Shown here: piece after piece, positions 1-9,516 of the stretch | How positions within the stretch are numbered: position 1 is the first letter of the stretch | Layout of the letters: each line of letters opens with the position of its first letter | Source: an uncultured Ruminococcus sp. | Lineage (GTDB): Bacteria; Bacillota; Clostridia; RUG12999 | Reading direction: 5' to 3' | Assembly (NCBI GenBank): GCA_902784805.1 | Contig: CACZWD010000016.1 | Coordinates: 16,754 to 80,753, forward strand | Length of the DNA: 64,000 nt | Notes under the pieces: generated by a model | Database searches by the model: none | What the model was told of the DNA's origin: nothing | Seen by the model: only the letters and a program-made list of their open reading frames with translations | Position numbers and translations under genes: made by a program

Positions 1-716
1 GCGGGCAGTTTTCGGGCAGACTTACAGCGCCTCTTTGTATAATAGGCGGAATATGTATGCAGCTTCTTGAGAAAGAAGGAATATATTTCGGCGCTCACGC
101 CCTTGAAATTCATGGGGTAAGAGATGAAAGCTTTGACGCCGTAAATACAGAAAAAGAGCTTTTTAAAGCTGTTGATGAAAAAGATTTTCCGGTTATTGAT
201 GATAATCGGGGCAAAAAAATGAAGGCGGAAATCGACAGGGCGAGAGAAAACGGCGATTCGGTCGGCGGAATAATTGAATGCGCGGTAACGGGGCTGCCCG
301 GCGGGCTTGGAGGACCTCTTTTTGAGGGGCTTGAAGGAGAGCTTGCGAGAGGAATTTTCGGAGTGCCGGCAGTTAAAGGTATTGAGTTTGGCGCGGGATT
401 TGAAGCGGCAAAAATGTACGGCTCCGAAAATAATGACGGTTTTTATTATGACGGCGATACAGTTAAAACCTATACAAATAATCACGGCGGTTTGCTCGGT
501 GGGATAACGGACGGAATGCCCCTTACGTTCCGCGCTGCAATAAAGCCTACACCATCAATCGCGAAAGAACAAAAAAGCGTTTCTCTCTCAAAAAAGGAAA
601 ATACGGTTTTTTGTGTAAAAGGACGGCATGACCCGTGTATTGTACAAAGAGCCGTGCCGGTTTTGCAGGCTGTGACGGCGGCTGTGATATATGATATGTT
701 TTTAAATATCGGATGA
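1..716 (+). CDS. aroC: chorismate synthase, C-terminal part (5' end lies outside the window; reading frame starts at nt 3)
   Basis: The open frame runs from the window edge with no stop. Motifs GGIIECAVTGLPGGLGGP and KGRHDPC are typical of AroC. Confidence 0.85.
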   Translation, partial: GQFSGRLTAPLCIIGGICMQLLEKEGIYFGAHALEIHGVRDESFDAVNTEKELFKAVDEKDFPVIDDNRGKKMKAEIDRARENGDSVGGIIECAVTGLPGGLGGPLFEGLEGELARGIFGVPAVKGIEFGAGFEAAKMYGSENNDGFYYDGDTVKTYTNNHGGLLGGITDGMPLTFRAAIKPTPSIAKEQKSVSLSKKENTVFCVKGRHDPCIVQRAVPVLQAVTAAVIYDMFLNIG

Positions 717-743
717 TTTTTCAAAAAGAAAGGAAAATTAAGA

Positions 744-1874
744 ATGGAACTTGAGAAAATAAGAAGCGAAATTGACGAAGTGGATAACGAGCTTGTAAAA
801 CTATTTGAAAAGCGTATGCGGGCAGCGGAAAAGGTTGCGGAGTATAAGGCTGAAAAAGGTCTTATGATTATGAATACGGCAAGGGAAAGAGAAATAACGG
901 ACAGGGTAACAAAGGCGGTTTCTCCGGAGCTTGCGATTTATGCGAAAACGCTTTATAACACTCTTTTTGATGTAAGCCGCAGCTATCAGTGTTCTAAAAT
1001 TTATAAAAATTCCCCGTTACTTGAAAAAATAAAACTTACACTTGAAGAAACAGAAAAAGATTTGCCGTCTTCAGCAACGGTAGCTTTTCAGGGTACGGAA
1101 GGCTCATATTCTCAGGCGGCGTGCGAAAAGCTGTTCGCGCTGCCGACAGAAATGTATTTCACGGACTTTAAAGGTGTTTTTGACGCTGTCGGAAGCGGAA
1201 TGTGCCGTTACGGCGTGCTTCCCGTCGAAAACAGTGTTTACGGTTCGGTTACAGAGGTTGTTGACCTTCTCGGCGAATACGGTTTCAGCATTGTTAAATC
1301 TGTAAAAACACAGGTATGTCACGCGCTTCTCGCAAAGCCCGGTCACGGAGAAATAAAAGAAGTGATTTCACATACACAGGCGCTCGGACAATGCACGGAT
1401 TTTCTTAAAAAACTTGGCGTAAAAGTTACGGCGTGCGAAAACACGGCTATTGCCGCTAAAACCGTCGCGCAGTCCGAAAGAAACGATATTGCGGCGGTTG
1501 CTTCGCCCGTATGCGCCGATATTTACGGACTTGAGATTGTTAAGGAAAAAATTGCTGACAGCGACAATAATTATACCCGTTTTGTCTGCATATCAAAAAA
1601 GCCCGAAATATATCCCGGCGCGAACAAAATTTCCGTTATTACAACGCTTTCGCATAAGCCCGGCGCTCTTTATGAGCTTATATCGAAATTCGCGGCGGCA
1701 GGCATAAATCTTACAAAAATCGAAAGCAGACCTATTCCGGGCAAGGATTTTGAGTTTAAGTTTTACCTTGAAATGGCGGTTTCAGTATATTCAAAGGAGC
1801 TTATAAGCGTTCTTTCGGAAATGTCCGTTTTAAACAGCGAGTTTAAGTTTCTCGGAGCGTACAGCGAAATATAG
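744..1874 (+). CDS. pheA: bifunctional chorismate mutase / prephenate dehydratase (P-protein) with C-terminal ACT domain
   Basis: 376 aa. N-terminal CM_2-like helix (LEKIRSEIDEVDNELVKLFEKRM), a PDT core and an ACT-like C-terminus. RBS gaaagga lies upstream. Confidence 0.85.
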   Translation: MELEKIRSEIDEVDNELVKLFEKRMRAAEKVAEYKAEKGLMIMNTAREREITDRVTKAVSPELAIYAKTLYNTLFDVSRSYQCSKIYKNSPLLEKIKLTLEETEKDLPSSATVAFQGTEGSYSQAACEKLFALPTEMYFTDFKGVFDAVGSGMCRYGVLPVENSVYGSVTEVVDLLGEYGFSIVKSVKTQVCHALLAKPGHGEIKEVISHTQALGQCTDFLKKLGVKVTACENTAIAAKTVAQSERNDIAAVASPVCADIYGLEIVKEKIADSDNNYTRFVCISKKPEIYPGANKISVITTLSHKPGALYELISKFAAAGINLTKIESRPIPGKDFEFKFYLEMAVSVYSKELISVLSEMSVLNSEFKFLGAYSEI

Positions 1875-1895
1875 GCAGGAAAGGTATAAAGAGAT

Positions 1896-2366
1896 ATGGA
1901 AAAAAAGTTTGTTGAAATTTTCACGGACGGCGCGTGCAGCGGCAATCCCGGTAACGGCGGTTACGGTGTTGTTTTAAAATACGGTGACGCGAGGAAGGAG
2001 CTTTCGGCGGGTTACAGGCTTACAACAAACAACCGAATGGAGCTTCTTGCCGCGATAACGGGGCTTGAAGCGCTTAAAATGCCGTGCAGGGTTGACCTTT
2101 ATTCCGATTCGAAATATCTTGTCGATTCCGTAACAAAAGGCTGGGTATATGGCTGGCAGAAAAAAGGCTGGAAAAAATCCGACAACAAGCCGGCTTTGAA
2201 TGTTGATTTGTGGCAGCGCTTGCTGGCTCTTTTGCAAATTCACGAGGTGAATTTCATATGGGTGAAAGGGCACGCGGGAAATCCCGAAAACGAGCGCTGT
2301 GATGAGCTTGCGGTTTTGGCAGGCACGTCTGAAAATTTGCTTGTTGATGATAATTACGGCGGCTGA
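1896..2366 (+). CDS. rnhA: ribonuclease HI
   Basis: 156 aa. [23 protein letters not shown] and [16 protein letters not shown] are RNase H motifs. Confidence 0.85.
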   Translation: MEKKFVEIFTDGACSGNPGNGGYGVVLKYGDARKELSAGYRLTTNNRMELLAAITGLEALKMPCRVDLYSDSKYLVDSVTKGWVYGWQKKGWKKSDNKPALNVDLWQRLLALLQIHEVNFIWVKGHAGNPENERCDELAVLAGTSENLLVDDNYGG

Positions 2367-2432
2367 AATGCTGCCGTAATTAAAACATACAAAAGTTATA
2401 TGAATTTAGACTTTTTTTCGTCATATTTACTA

Positions 2433-2461
2433 TTGCAATTCATACTGAAAAGGTATATAAT
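2433..2461 (+). promoter_or_regulatory. sigma-A type promoter upstream of nifS-nifU
   Basis: ttgcaa (2433-2438), 17-nt spacer, tataat (2456-2461). Confidence 0.4.
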
Positions 2462-2491
2462 GTTTTTAAAGCAAAAAAAGGAATGATTTTT

Positions 2492-3676
2492 ATGAATAAA
2501 AGAACAATATATTTTGACCATGCGGCAACTACGCCGGTTAAGCCTGAAGTGCTTGCGGCGATGTTGCCTTATTTTGTTGAGCACTATGGAAATCCTTCAT
2601 CAATCTACGGTATCGGGAGAGATAACCGTGAAGCGGTAAATGCCGCAAGAGAAAAAATTGCCGCGGCAATCGGCGCGAAAGCAAACGAAATATATTTTAC
2701 AGGCTGCGGAACAGAGGCGGATAACTGGGCAATAAAAGGTACGGCGCGCGCGTATAAGGATAGGGGAAGGCACATTATTACATCGGCAATTGAGCATCAC
2801 GCCGTGCTTCACACCTGCGCGGCTCTTGAAAAAGAAGGCTTTGAGGTAACATATATAAAGCCCGATGAATACGGAATTATAAGTCCGGAGGACGTTGAAA
2901 AAGCGATTCGCCCCGATACCGTGCTTATCAGTATTATGTTTGCGAATAATGAAATCGGCACGGTGCAGGATATTGCGGCGATAGGTGAAATCGCGAAAGC
3001 GCATAAAATTGTTTTTCATACCGACGCGGTTCAGGCGGCGGGAGCGCTTAAAATTGACGTTAAGGAAATGAATATTGATATGATGTCAATGTCGGCGCAT
3101 AAGCTTTACGGGCCAAAAGGCGTGGGAGCGCTTTATATACGCTCCGGTGTACGTCCCGATATTTTCCTTGACGGCGGAGCGCAGGAACGCGGCAGGCGGG
3201 GCGGTACGGAAAATGTTGCGGGCATTGTGGGCTTTGCAAAGGCAATGGAAATCGCAATGGAAGGTATTGAAGAAAAAGCGGCGTATATTTCCACAATGAG
3301 AGATTATCTTATTGAAAAAATTGAGGAAAAAATCCCTTATATAAAACTGAACGGTCACAGAACACAGCGTCTGCCGAATAATGTCAATTTTTCATTTAAA
3401 TTTATTGAAGGCGAAGCCTTGCTTTTAAGCCTTGATTTTAAAGGAATTGCGGCATCAAGCGGTTCTGCCTGCACGTCAGGCTCTCTTGACCCGTCACACG
3501 TGCTGCTTGCAATAGGGCTTCCGCACGAAATTGCCCACGGCTCGCTCCGTCTTACGATAGGCGAAGAAACCACTATGGAGGATATTGATTATGTCGTGGA
3601 AAGCCTTGTTGAAATTGTCGATAGATTAAGAAAAATGTCACCTCTTTATGAAGAAGTAATTAAAAATAAAGCGTAA
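2492..3676 (+). CDS. nifS: cysteine desulfurase (NifS/IscS class)
   Basis: PLP-dependent class V aminotransferase pattern (SAHKLYGPKG, SSGSACTSG). The ATG at 2492 has better RBS spacing than the one at 2483. Confidence 0.9.
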   Translation: MNKRTIYFDHAATTPVKPEVLAAMLPYFVEHYGNPSSIYGIGRDNREAVNAAREKIAAAIGAKANEIYFTGCGTEADNWAIKGTARAYKDRGRHIITSAIEHHAVLHTCAALEKEGFEVTYIKPDEYGIISPEDVEKAIRPDTVLISIMFANNEIGTVQDIAAIGEIAKAHKIVFHTDAVQAAGALKIDVKEMNIDMMSMSAHKLYGPKGVGALYIRSGVRPDIFLDGGAQERGRRGGTENVAGIVGFAKAMEIAMEGIEEKAAYISTMRDYLIEKIEEKIPYIKLNGHRTQRLPNNVNFSFKFIEGEALLLSLDFKGIAASSGSACTSGSLDPSHVLLAIGLPHEIAHGSLRLTIGEETTMEDIDYVVESLVEIVDRLRKMSPLYEEVIKNKA

Positions 3677-3691
3677 AAGGAGAGCAAAAAA

Positions 3692-4123
3692 ATGTATTCC
3701 GAAAAAGTTATGGAAGAATTTAACAATCCCTCGAATGTCGGAGAGATAGAAAACGCGGATGCCGTAGGTGAAGTGGGAAACGCAGTCTGCGGCGATATAA
3801 TGAAAATATATATGAAAATAGATGACGATATCATAACCGATATAAAATTTAAAACCTTCGGCTGCGGAGCGGCAATAGCGACGAGCTCTATGGCAACGAA
3901 GCTTGTAAAAGGCAAGTCGGTTTTTGAGGCTATGAAGCTTACGAATAAAGAGGTTATGGATAAGCTCGGCGGCTTACCTCCTCAAAAAATACATTGCAGC
4001 GTGCTTGCGGAAGAAGCAATCGCCGCCGCTCTTACAAATTATTTTGAAAAAACCGGAAGGGAGCTTCCGGAAGAGCTTGTCGGCAAATGTAAAGGAAACT
4101 GCGAAGCGTGCCACAGGCATTGA
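3692..4123 (+). CDS. nifU: Fe-S cluster assembly scaffold NifU/IscU
   Basis: 143 aa. NAVCGD, FKTFGCGAAIA and IHCSVLA are the three conserved Cys motifs. Confidence 0.9.
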   Translation: MYSEKVMEEFNNPSNVGEIENADAVGEVGNAVCGDIMKIYMKIDDDIITDIKFKTFGCGAAIATSSMATKLVKGKSVFEAMKLTNKEVMDKLGGLPPQKIHCSVLAEEAIAAALTNYFEKTGRELPEELVGKCKGNCEACHRH

Positions 4124-4208
4124 TTTTCCTGAAAACCGCGCCGCTTCGCTGTTAAAACTCTCCTTAGTTTTAAAAAATTAAAAAAAATGAAAAAATTTGT
4201 TAAAATTC

Positions 4209-4237
4209 TTGACATTTACGGCTTTTGGTGGTATAAT
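4209..4237 (+). promoter_or_regulatory. sigma-A promoter with extended -10, driving the leader and ilvE
   Basis: ttgaca (4209-4214), 17-nt spacer, tgg-tataat (4229-4237). Confidence 0.55.
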
Positions 4238-4276
4238 AGATAAAGTATTAATTATTTTGTTAAGGAGTAAACAAAA

Positions 4277-4384
4277 ATGCTTGCAATCGCTTCTATTAAT
4301 GTCATAGCCCTTGCAGTCGTGATATTCGTGAGCCTGATTATTAAGGTCGTGACGAATACCACTGCGAGTTATGCGCTTTTATAG
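4277..4384 (+). CDS. candidate branched-chain amino acid leader peptide (35 aa, MLAIASINVIALAVVIFVSLIIKVVTNTTASYALL)
   Basis: RBS aaggag lies 8 nt upstream. 17 of 35 codons are Ile/Val/Leu. It sits between a promoter and an intrinsic terminator directly upstream of ilvE. It falls below the 60-aa cutoff of the ORF track. Confidence 0.5.
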   Translation: MLAIASINVIALAVVIFVSLIIKVVTNTTASYALL

Positions 4385-4430
4385 AAGATAGTGAATTTGC
4401 TTTTTTCGCATTTTTATTTCTGTCTTTACA

Positions 4431-4461
4431 GCCCGTAACCGCATGGGGTTACGGGTTTTTT
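4431..4461 (+). terminator. intrinsic terminator (attenuator) between the leader ORF and ilvE
   Basis: cccgtaacc / gcatg / ggttacggg, followed by tttttt. Confidence 0.7.
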
Positions 4462-4501
4462 AAATGTAAATAATAAAAATTTTTATAAAGGAGTTTTTAA
4501 A

Positions 4502-5566
4502 ATGGACATCAGAATTGAAAAGACAAAATCACCAAAACAAATTCCGGACTTTAAAGGTCCTCTCGGCTTCGGTAAAATTTTCACTGACCATATGTTCGTT
4601 ATGAACTATACCGAGGGTAAAGGCTGGCATGACGCGAGAGTCATTCCTTATCAGAATCTTTCTCTTTCGCCGGCAAGTATGGTTTTCCATTACGGACAGG
4701 AAATGTTTGAGGGTTTAAAAGCTTATAAGGGAAAAGACGGCAAGGTAAGGCTTTTCCGTCCCGATATGAACGCGAAAAGAGCAAACGCTTCAAATGACAG
4801 ACTTTGCATACCGAGAATCCCGGAGGAGGATTTCGTACAGGCTGTTAAAACTGTTGTTGAGGTTGACAGCGATTGGGTTCCGACAGAGCCCGGAACATCG
4901 CTTTATGTTCGTCCCTTTGTTATCGCGACAGACGATTTTCTTGGTGTTGCGCCTTCAAAAACCTATCTTTTCATAATTATACTTTCTCCGAGCGGCGCTT
5001 ATTACTCAAGCGGTCTTGCGCCTGTCGGCATATGGATTGAGGACGAGTATGTAAGAGCCGTAAGAGGCGGTATAGGCTTCGCTAAAACAGGCGGCAACTA
5101 CGCGGCGAGCCTTGCGGCGCAGGTTAAGGCTCATGACGACGGATATTCTCAGGTACTTTGGCTTGACGGTGTTGAGCGTAAGTATATTGAAGAAGTCGGC
5201 GCTATGAATATCTTCTTCAAAATTAACGGCAAAATTGTTACTCCCATGCTCAGTGGAAGTATCTTGCCCGGTATAACAAGAAATTCCGTTATAAATGTAT
5301 GTAAGAGCTGGGGCTACGAGGTTGAGGAAAGAAAAATATCCGTGGACGAGCTTATCGCCGCGCAGAAGTCCGGCGCTCTTGAAGAAGTTTTCGGAACAGG
5401 CACGGCTGCGGTTATTTCACCTGTCGGCAAGCTTCGTTATAAAGACGATGTTATGACGATAAACGGCGGAGATATAGGACCTGTAAGCCAAAAGCTTTAT
5501 GATACCATAACAGGGCTTCAGAACGGAACTCTTGAAGATACCTTCGGCTGGACGGTAACGCTTTAA
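4502..5566 (+). CDS. ilvE: branched-chain amino acid aminotransferase
   Basis: 354 aa class IV aminotransferase (FEGLKAY, GGNYAASL, EVGAMNIFF, PGITR). Confidence 0.9.
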   Translation: MDIRIEKTKSPKQIPDFKGPLGFGKIFTDHMFVMNYTEGKGWHDARVIPYQNLSLSPASMVFHYGQEMFEGLKAYKGKDGKVRLFRPDMNAKRANASNDRLCIPRIPEEDFVQAVKTVVEVDSDWVPTEPGTSLYVRPFVIATDDFLGVAPSKTYLFIIILSPSGAYYSSGLAPVGIWIEDEYVRAVRGGIGFAKTGGNYAASLAAQVKAHDDGYSQVLWLDGVERKYIEEVGAMNIFFKINGKIVTPMLSGSILPGITRNSVINVCKSWGYEVEERKISVDELIAAQKSGALEEVFGTGTAAVISPVGKLRYKDDVMTINGGDIGPVSQKLYDTITGLQNGTLEDTFGWTVTL

Positions 5567-5570
5567 GATT

Positions 5571-6260
5571 ATGAAAGAAGTTTTAACAGATAAAAGAATT
5601 GTGGTTTTCGCGGGACATTACGGCAGCGGAAAAACGAACATTGCGGTCAACTACGCGCTTGCGCTTCGTGAAAAGTATCCCGGAAAAGCTGTTTCGCTTG
5701 CGGACCTTGATATTGTAAATCCGTATTTCCGGACAAAAGACAGCGCTGATGTGTTGCGTGATAACGGCATAAGGCTTATTTCTTCCGAATTCGCGAATTC
5801 AAATGTGGATTTGCCCGCGCTTCCGCCCGACACCTATGCTATTTTAGATAACAAAGATATGCTTGGAGTTATAGACGTCGGCGGTGATGACAGGGGGGCT
5901 CTTGCCCTTGGCAGATATACGCCCGGCATTTTGGAGGACGGCAGCTACGATTTTATTTTTGTGATAAACAAATACCGCCCGCTTACGGGAACTCCTGAAG
6001 ATACTGCCGAAATTATGCGTGAAATCGAGCAGGCTGCGGGAATGAGGTTTACAGGCATCGCAAATAACTCAAATCTTGGCGATATAACAACGGCAAATGA
6101 TGTTTTATCGGCTGTGCCTTATGCGGAGAAGGTCGCAGAAATAACAGGGCTTGAAATAAAGATGACAACGGTAAAAAAATCTCTTGAAGCCGAGCTTCAG
6201 GGTAAAATTTATAAACTTGCGCCCATGACGCTTTACGTAAAACAGTCTTGGGATGCTTAA
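5571..6260 (+). CDS. P-loop NTPase of unknown function (MinD/CooC-like fold)
   Basis: Walker A motif GHYGSGKT near the N-terminus and DVGGD downstream. It is tightly packed between ilvE and the oxidoreductase genes. Confidence 0.55.
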   Translation: MKEVLTDKRIVVFAGHYGSGKTNIAVNYALALREKYPGKAVSLADLDIVNPYFRTKDSADVLRDNGIRLISSEFANSNVDLPALPPDTYAILDNKDMLGVIDVGGDDRGALALGRYTPGILEDGSYDFIFVINKYRPLTGTPEDTAEIMREIEQAAGMRFTGIANNSNLGDITTANDVLSAVPYAEKVAEITGLEIKMTTVKKSLEAELQGKIYKLAPMTLYVKQSWDA

Positions 6261-6280
6261 GAAAGGAACTGATTTATACT

Positions 6281-6487
6281 ATGGCAAAACCTATCTTTAA
6301 CAAAGATATTTGCAAAGGCTGCGGTTTATGCGTTACAGTATGTCCCAAAGGCATAGTTGCGCTCGCGACCGATGAAATCAACATTAAGGGCTATCACCCT
6401 GCGGGTGTTACCGATGAGGATAAATGTATAGGCTGCGCTTTTTGCGCAACTATGTGTCCCGATTGTGTAATAACCGTTGAAAAATAA
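6281..6487 (+). CDS. 2-oxoacid:ferredoxin oxidoreductase delta subunit (2x[4Fe-4S] ferredoxin)
   Basis: Two CxxCxxCxxxCP motifs (CKGCGLCVTVCP, CIGCAFCATMCP). The ATG at 6281 has RBS gaaagga. Confidence 0.8.
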   Translation: MAKPIFNKDICKGCGLCVTVCPKGIVALATDEINIKGYHPAGVTDEDKCIGCAFCATMCPDCVITVEK

Positions 6488-6506
6488 GAAAGAGAGGAAT
6501 GAAATA

Positions 6507-7568
6507 ATGAGTCATGAAAAAGTTTTGATGAAGGGCAACGAAGCTCTGGCGGAAGCCGCTATTATGGCGGGCTGTCACCACTATTTCGGTTACCCTATTA
6601 CGCCGCAGACTGAAGTTGCGGCTTATATGTCAAAGAGGATGCCGAAAATTGACGGCGGCGTGTTTTTACAGGCTGAAAGCGAAATTGCAGCAATTAATAT
6701 GGTAATAGGCGTCGCGTCAACGGGAAAGAGAGTTATGACTTCAAGCTCAAGCCCGGGCATCTCACTTAAGAGTGAAGGTCTTTCTTATCTTGCGGGCTGT
6801 GACCTTCCGGCGCTTGTTGTAAACGTTCAGCGCGGCGGTCCCGGTCTCGGCGGTATTCAGCCTTCACAGTCGGATTATTTCCATGCCACAAGGGGCGCCG
6901 GTCATGGCGATTTTCATATGATAGTCCTTGCTCCAGATTCCGTTCAGGAAATGGTAAGCCTTGTTTTCCACGGCTTTGACCTTGCGGAAAAATACAGAAT
7001 GACAACGATGATTCTTTCGGACGGTACAATGGGACAAATGATGGAACCCGTAAGCCTTGATATGGGCGAAATCAAGCAGTATGATAAACCGTGGGCACTT
7101 ACGGGCACAAAATGCGAAAGAAAGCCGAATATTGTAAATTCGCTTTATCTTCAGCCCGAAGAACTTGAAAAGCGCAATTTTGAAAGATATGAAAAATATA
7201 AGCTCATTGAAGAAACGGAGCCTATGTTTGAAGAATATAAAATGGAGGACGCAGAGGTTTGCATAGCCGCTTTCGGCGTTGCGGCGCGTGTTTCGCAAAA
7301 TGCAATTGATGAAGCAAGAAAGCAGGGAATAAAGGTCGGTATGATAAGACCTATTACTCTTTGGCCCTTCCCGAAAAAGGCTTTTGCTTCAGCGGCAGAG
7401 AAAGTTAAAAGCTTTGTTTCGGTTGAGCTTTCTATGGGTCAGATGGTTGAGGATATTGAGCTCAGCGTACGCTGCAAACGCCCCGTGCTTCTTTGCAACA
7501 GAGCCGGCGGTATGATTCCGACAACGCAGAACGTGCTTGATAAAATTATTGAAGCTTCAAAGCTTTAA
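6507..7568 (+). CDS. 2-oxoacid (2-ketoisovalerate/2-oxoglutarate):ferredoxin oxidoreductase alpha subunit
   Basis: The N-terminus (KGNEALAEAAIMAGC..YFGYPITPQTE) is typical of KorA/VorA. Confidence 0.85.
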   Translation: MSHEKVLMKGNEALAEAAIMAGCHHYFGYPITPQTEVAAYMSKRMPKIDGGVFLQAESEIAAINMVIGVASTGKRVMTSSSSPGISLKSEGLSYLAGCDLPALVVNVQRGGPGLGGIQPSQSDYFHATRGAGHGDFHMIVLAPDSVQEMVSLVFHGFDLAEKYRMTTMILSDGTMGQMMEPVSLDMGEIKQYDKPWALTGTKCERKPNIVNSLYLQPEELEKRNFERYEKYKLIEETEPMFEEYKMEDAEVCIAAFGVAARVSQNAIDEARKQGIKVGMIRPITLWPFPKKAFASAAEKVKSFVSVELSMGQMVEDIELSVRCKRPVLLCNRAGGMIPTTQNVLDKIIEASKL

Positions 7569-7590
7569 GGAAAGGAAAGGGTTAAATAAA

Positions 7591-8340
7591 ATGATAGTAT
7601 TTGAAAAACCAAAAGCGCTGACAGACGCCGTGCTTCATTACTGTCCGGGCTGCACACACGGTATAATTCACCGTCTTGTGGCAGAAGCAATTGACGACCT
7701 TGGTATTCAGGGAAGGACAATCGGCGTAGCATCGGTAGGCTGTTCGGTTATGGCATATAATTATTTTGATGTTGATATGGTACAGGCGGCTCACGGACGC
7801 GCTCCGGCGGTAGCAACGGGCGTTAAGCGCTCCGACCCGAATAATATTGTGTTTACTTATCAGGGCGACGGCGACCTTGCGGCTATCGGAACGGCGGAAA
7901 CGGTTCATTCCGCAGCAAGAGGCGAAAACATTACCGTTATTTTCGTAAACAACGCGATTTACGGTATGACGGGCGGTCAAATGGCACCCACAACGCTTCC
8001 GGGACAGGTTACGCAGACTTCGCCATACGGCAGAGATGTTAAAACTGTCGGATATCCCGTAAAAATATGTGAAATGCTTTCACAGCTTGACGGCGCGGCA
8101 TATCTTGAAAGAGTAGCGGTAAACAATGTTAAAAATATTAAAAACGCGAAAAAAGCTATTAAAAAAGCGTTTCAGAATCAGGTTGAGGGCAAAGGCTTTT
8201 CGCTTATAGAGGTTGTTTCAACCTGCCCGACAAACTGGGGACTTCCACCCGTTAAGGCGCTCGAATGGCTTGAAGAAAATATGATTCCGTATTATCCTCT
8301 CGGAGTTTATAAGGATAAATACGCTGAGGAGGTAAAGTAA
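7591..8340 (+). CDS. 2-oxoacid:ferredoxin oxidoreductase beta subunit (TPP-binding)
   Basis: CPGCTHG and [20 protein letters not shown] are TPP motifs. Confidence 0.85.
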   Translation: MIVFEKPKALTDAVLHYCPGCTHGIIHRLVAEAIDDLGIQGRTIGVASVGCSVMAYNYFDVDMVQAAHGRAPAVATGVKRSDPNNIVFTYQGDGDLAAIGTAETVHSAARGENITVIFVNNAIYGMTGGQMAPTTLPGQVTQTSPYGRDVKTVGYPVKICEMLSQLDGAAYLERVAVNNVKNIKNAKKAIKKAFQNQVEGKGFSLIEVVSTCPTNWGLPPVKALEWLEENMIPYYPLGVYKDKYAEEVK

Positions 8341-8341
8341 T

Positions 8342-8872
8342 ATGACAACACAGATACTTATTGCAGGCTTCGGCGGACAGGGAATACTTTTTTCGGGTAA
8401 ATTTCTCGCATATGAAGGCTTGATTGAAGGTAAGGAGCTTAGCTGGCTTCCTTCATACGGTCCCGAAATGCGCGGCGGCACAGCAAATTGCAGCGTTATT
8501 TTAAGCGATACAAAGGTAGGCTCGCCGATTGTGCTTAATCCGGACGTGCTTATCGCAATGAACGGTCCCTCGCTCGATAAATACGAGAATGAAACCGTCA
8601 GCGGCGGCAAAATTTTTGTTGACAGCTCACTTATCACGAGAAAGGTTGAAAGAAGCGACGTTGAAGCTTATTATATACCGGCGACAAAAATGGCTTCCGA
8701 CGAAGGGCTTACAGGTCTTGCGAATATGATTATACTTGGGCACGCTATTAAAAAAGCGAATCTTGTGCCGTATGAAAACATTGAAAAGGCAATGAAAAAG
8801 CTTGTTCCGCCCAAAAAGCAGCACCTTTTGGAGCCTAATCTTCGCGCGATTGAGCTTGGTTATAATTATTAA
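8342..8872 (+). CDS. 2-oxoacid:ferredoxin oxidoreductase gamma subunit
   Basis: [13 protein letters not shown] and YGPEMRGG are gamma-subunit motifs. Confidence 0.85.
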   Translation: MTTQILIAGFGGQGILFSGKFLAYEGLIEGKELSWLPSYGPEMRGGTANCSVILSDTKVGSPIVLNPDVLIAMNGPSLDKYENETVSGGKIFVDSSLITRKVERSDVEAYYIPATKMASDEGLTGLANMIILGHAIKKANLVPYENIEKAMKKLVPPKKQHLLEPNLRAIELGYNY

Positions 8873-8886
8873 TTAAGAAAATTTTG

Positions 8887-8919
8887 AGGGGCAAAAACGT
8901 CTTGCTTTTGCCCCTTTTA
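8887..8919 (+). terminator. intrinsic terminator after the oxidoreductase operon
   Basis: aggggcaaaa ... ttttgcccct, followed by tttt. Confidence 0.7.
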
Positions 8920-8944
8920 AAAAAGTAAAGAAAGGGAGATTAAA

Positions 8945-9502
8945 ATGGCTGAAGAACAACAGTTGCGCGACATTGCGCTTCGCATAGCCTCACTCAGAGA
9001 CATCTGCGATCTCAGCCCAAAGCAGATGGCGGAAAAGCTGGGACTTACCGAGGAAGAATATCTGCGTCAGGAAAGCGGCGAAAAGGATTTCGCGATAAGC
9101 TTTCTTTGTAAGGTTGCGGATATATTCGGTGTTGACGTGCTTGACCTTATGTCGGGCGATTCTCCCACGCTGTCACTTTGCTGCGTGGTAAAAAACGGTG
9201 AAGGTTACGATGTAAAAAGAAATAAAAGGTATGATTACAAGCATCTCGCGTTCACATTCAGAAACAAAAAAGCCGAGCCGTTTATGGTAACGGTTGAACC
9301 TAATGACGAGCCTCCTGTTATGAATACGCACGTAGGCCAGGAATTTGATTATGTCGTCTCGGGCACAATGCAGTTTTTTATAGGCGATATTTCATATGTG
9401 CTTGAAGAAGGCGACAGTGTATATTTTGATTCGAGTGTTCCCCATGCCGAAAAGGCTATGGGAAATGAGCCGACAAAATTCATTGCCGTTGTTATAAAAT
9501 AG
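8945..9502 (+). CDS. XRE-family HTH transcriptional regulator with C-terminal cupin domain
   Basis: N-terminal HTH_3-like segment (LSPKQMAEKLGLTEEEYLRQESGE) and a C-terminal cupin (GDSVYFDSSVPH). Confidence 0.8.
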   Translation: MAEEQQLRDIALRIASLRDICDLSPKQMAEKLGLTEEEYLRQESGEKDFAISFLCKVADIFGVDVLDLMSGDSPTLSLCCVVKNGEGYDVKRNKRYDYKHLAFTFRNKKAEPFMVTVEPNDEPPVMNTHVGQEFDYVVSGTMQFFIGDISYVLEEGDSVYFDSSVPHAEKAMGNEPTKFIAVVIK

Positions 9503-9516
9503 GAGGATAAACGACA

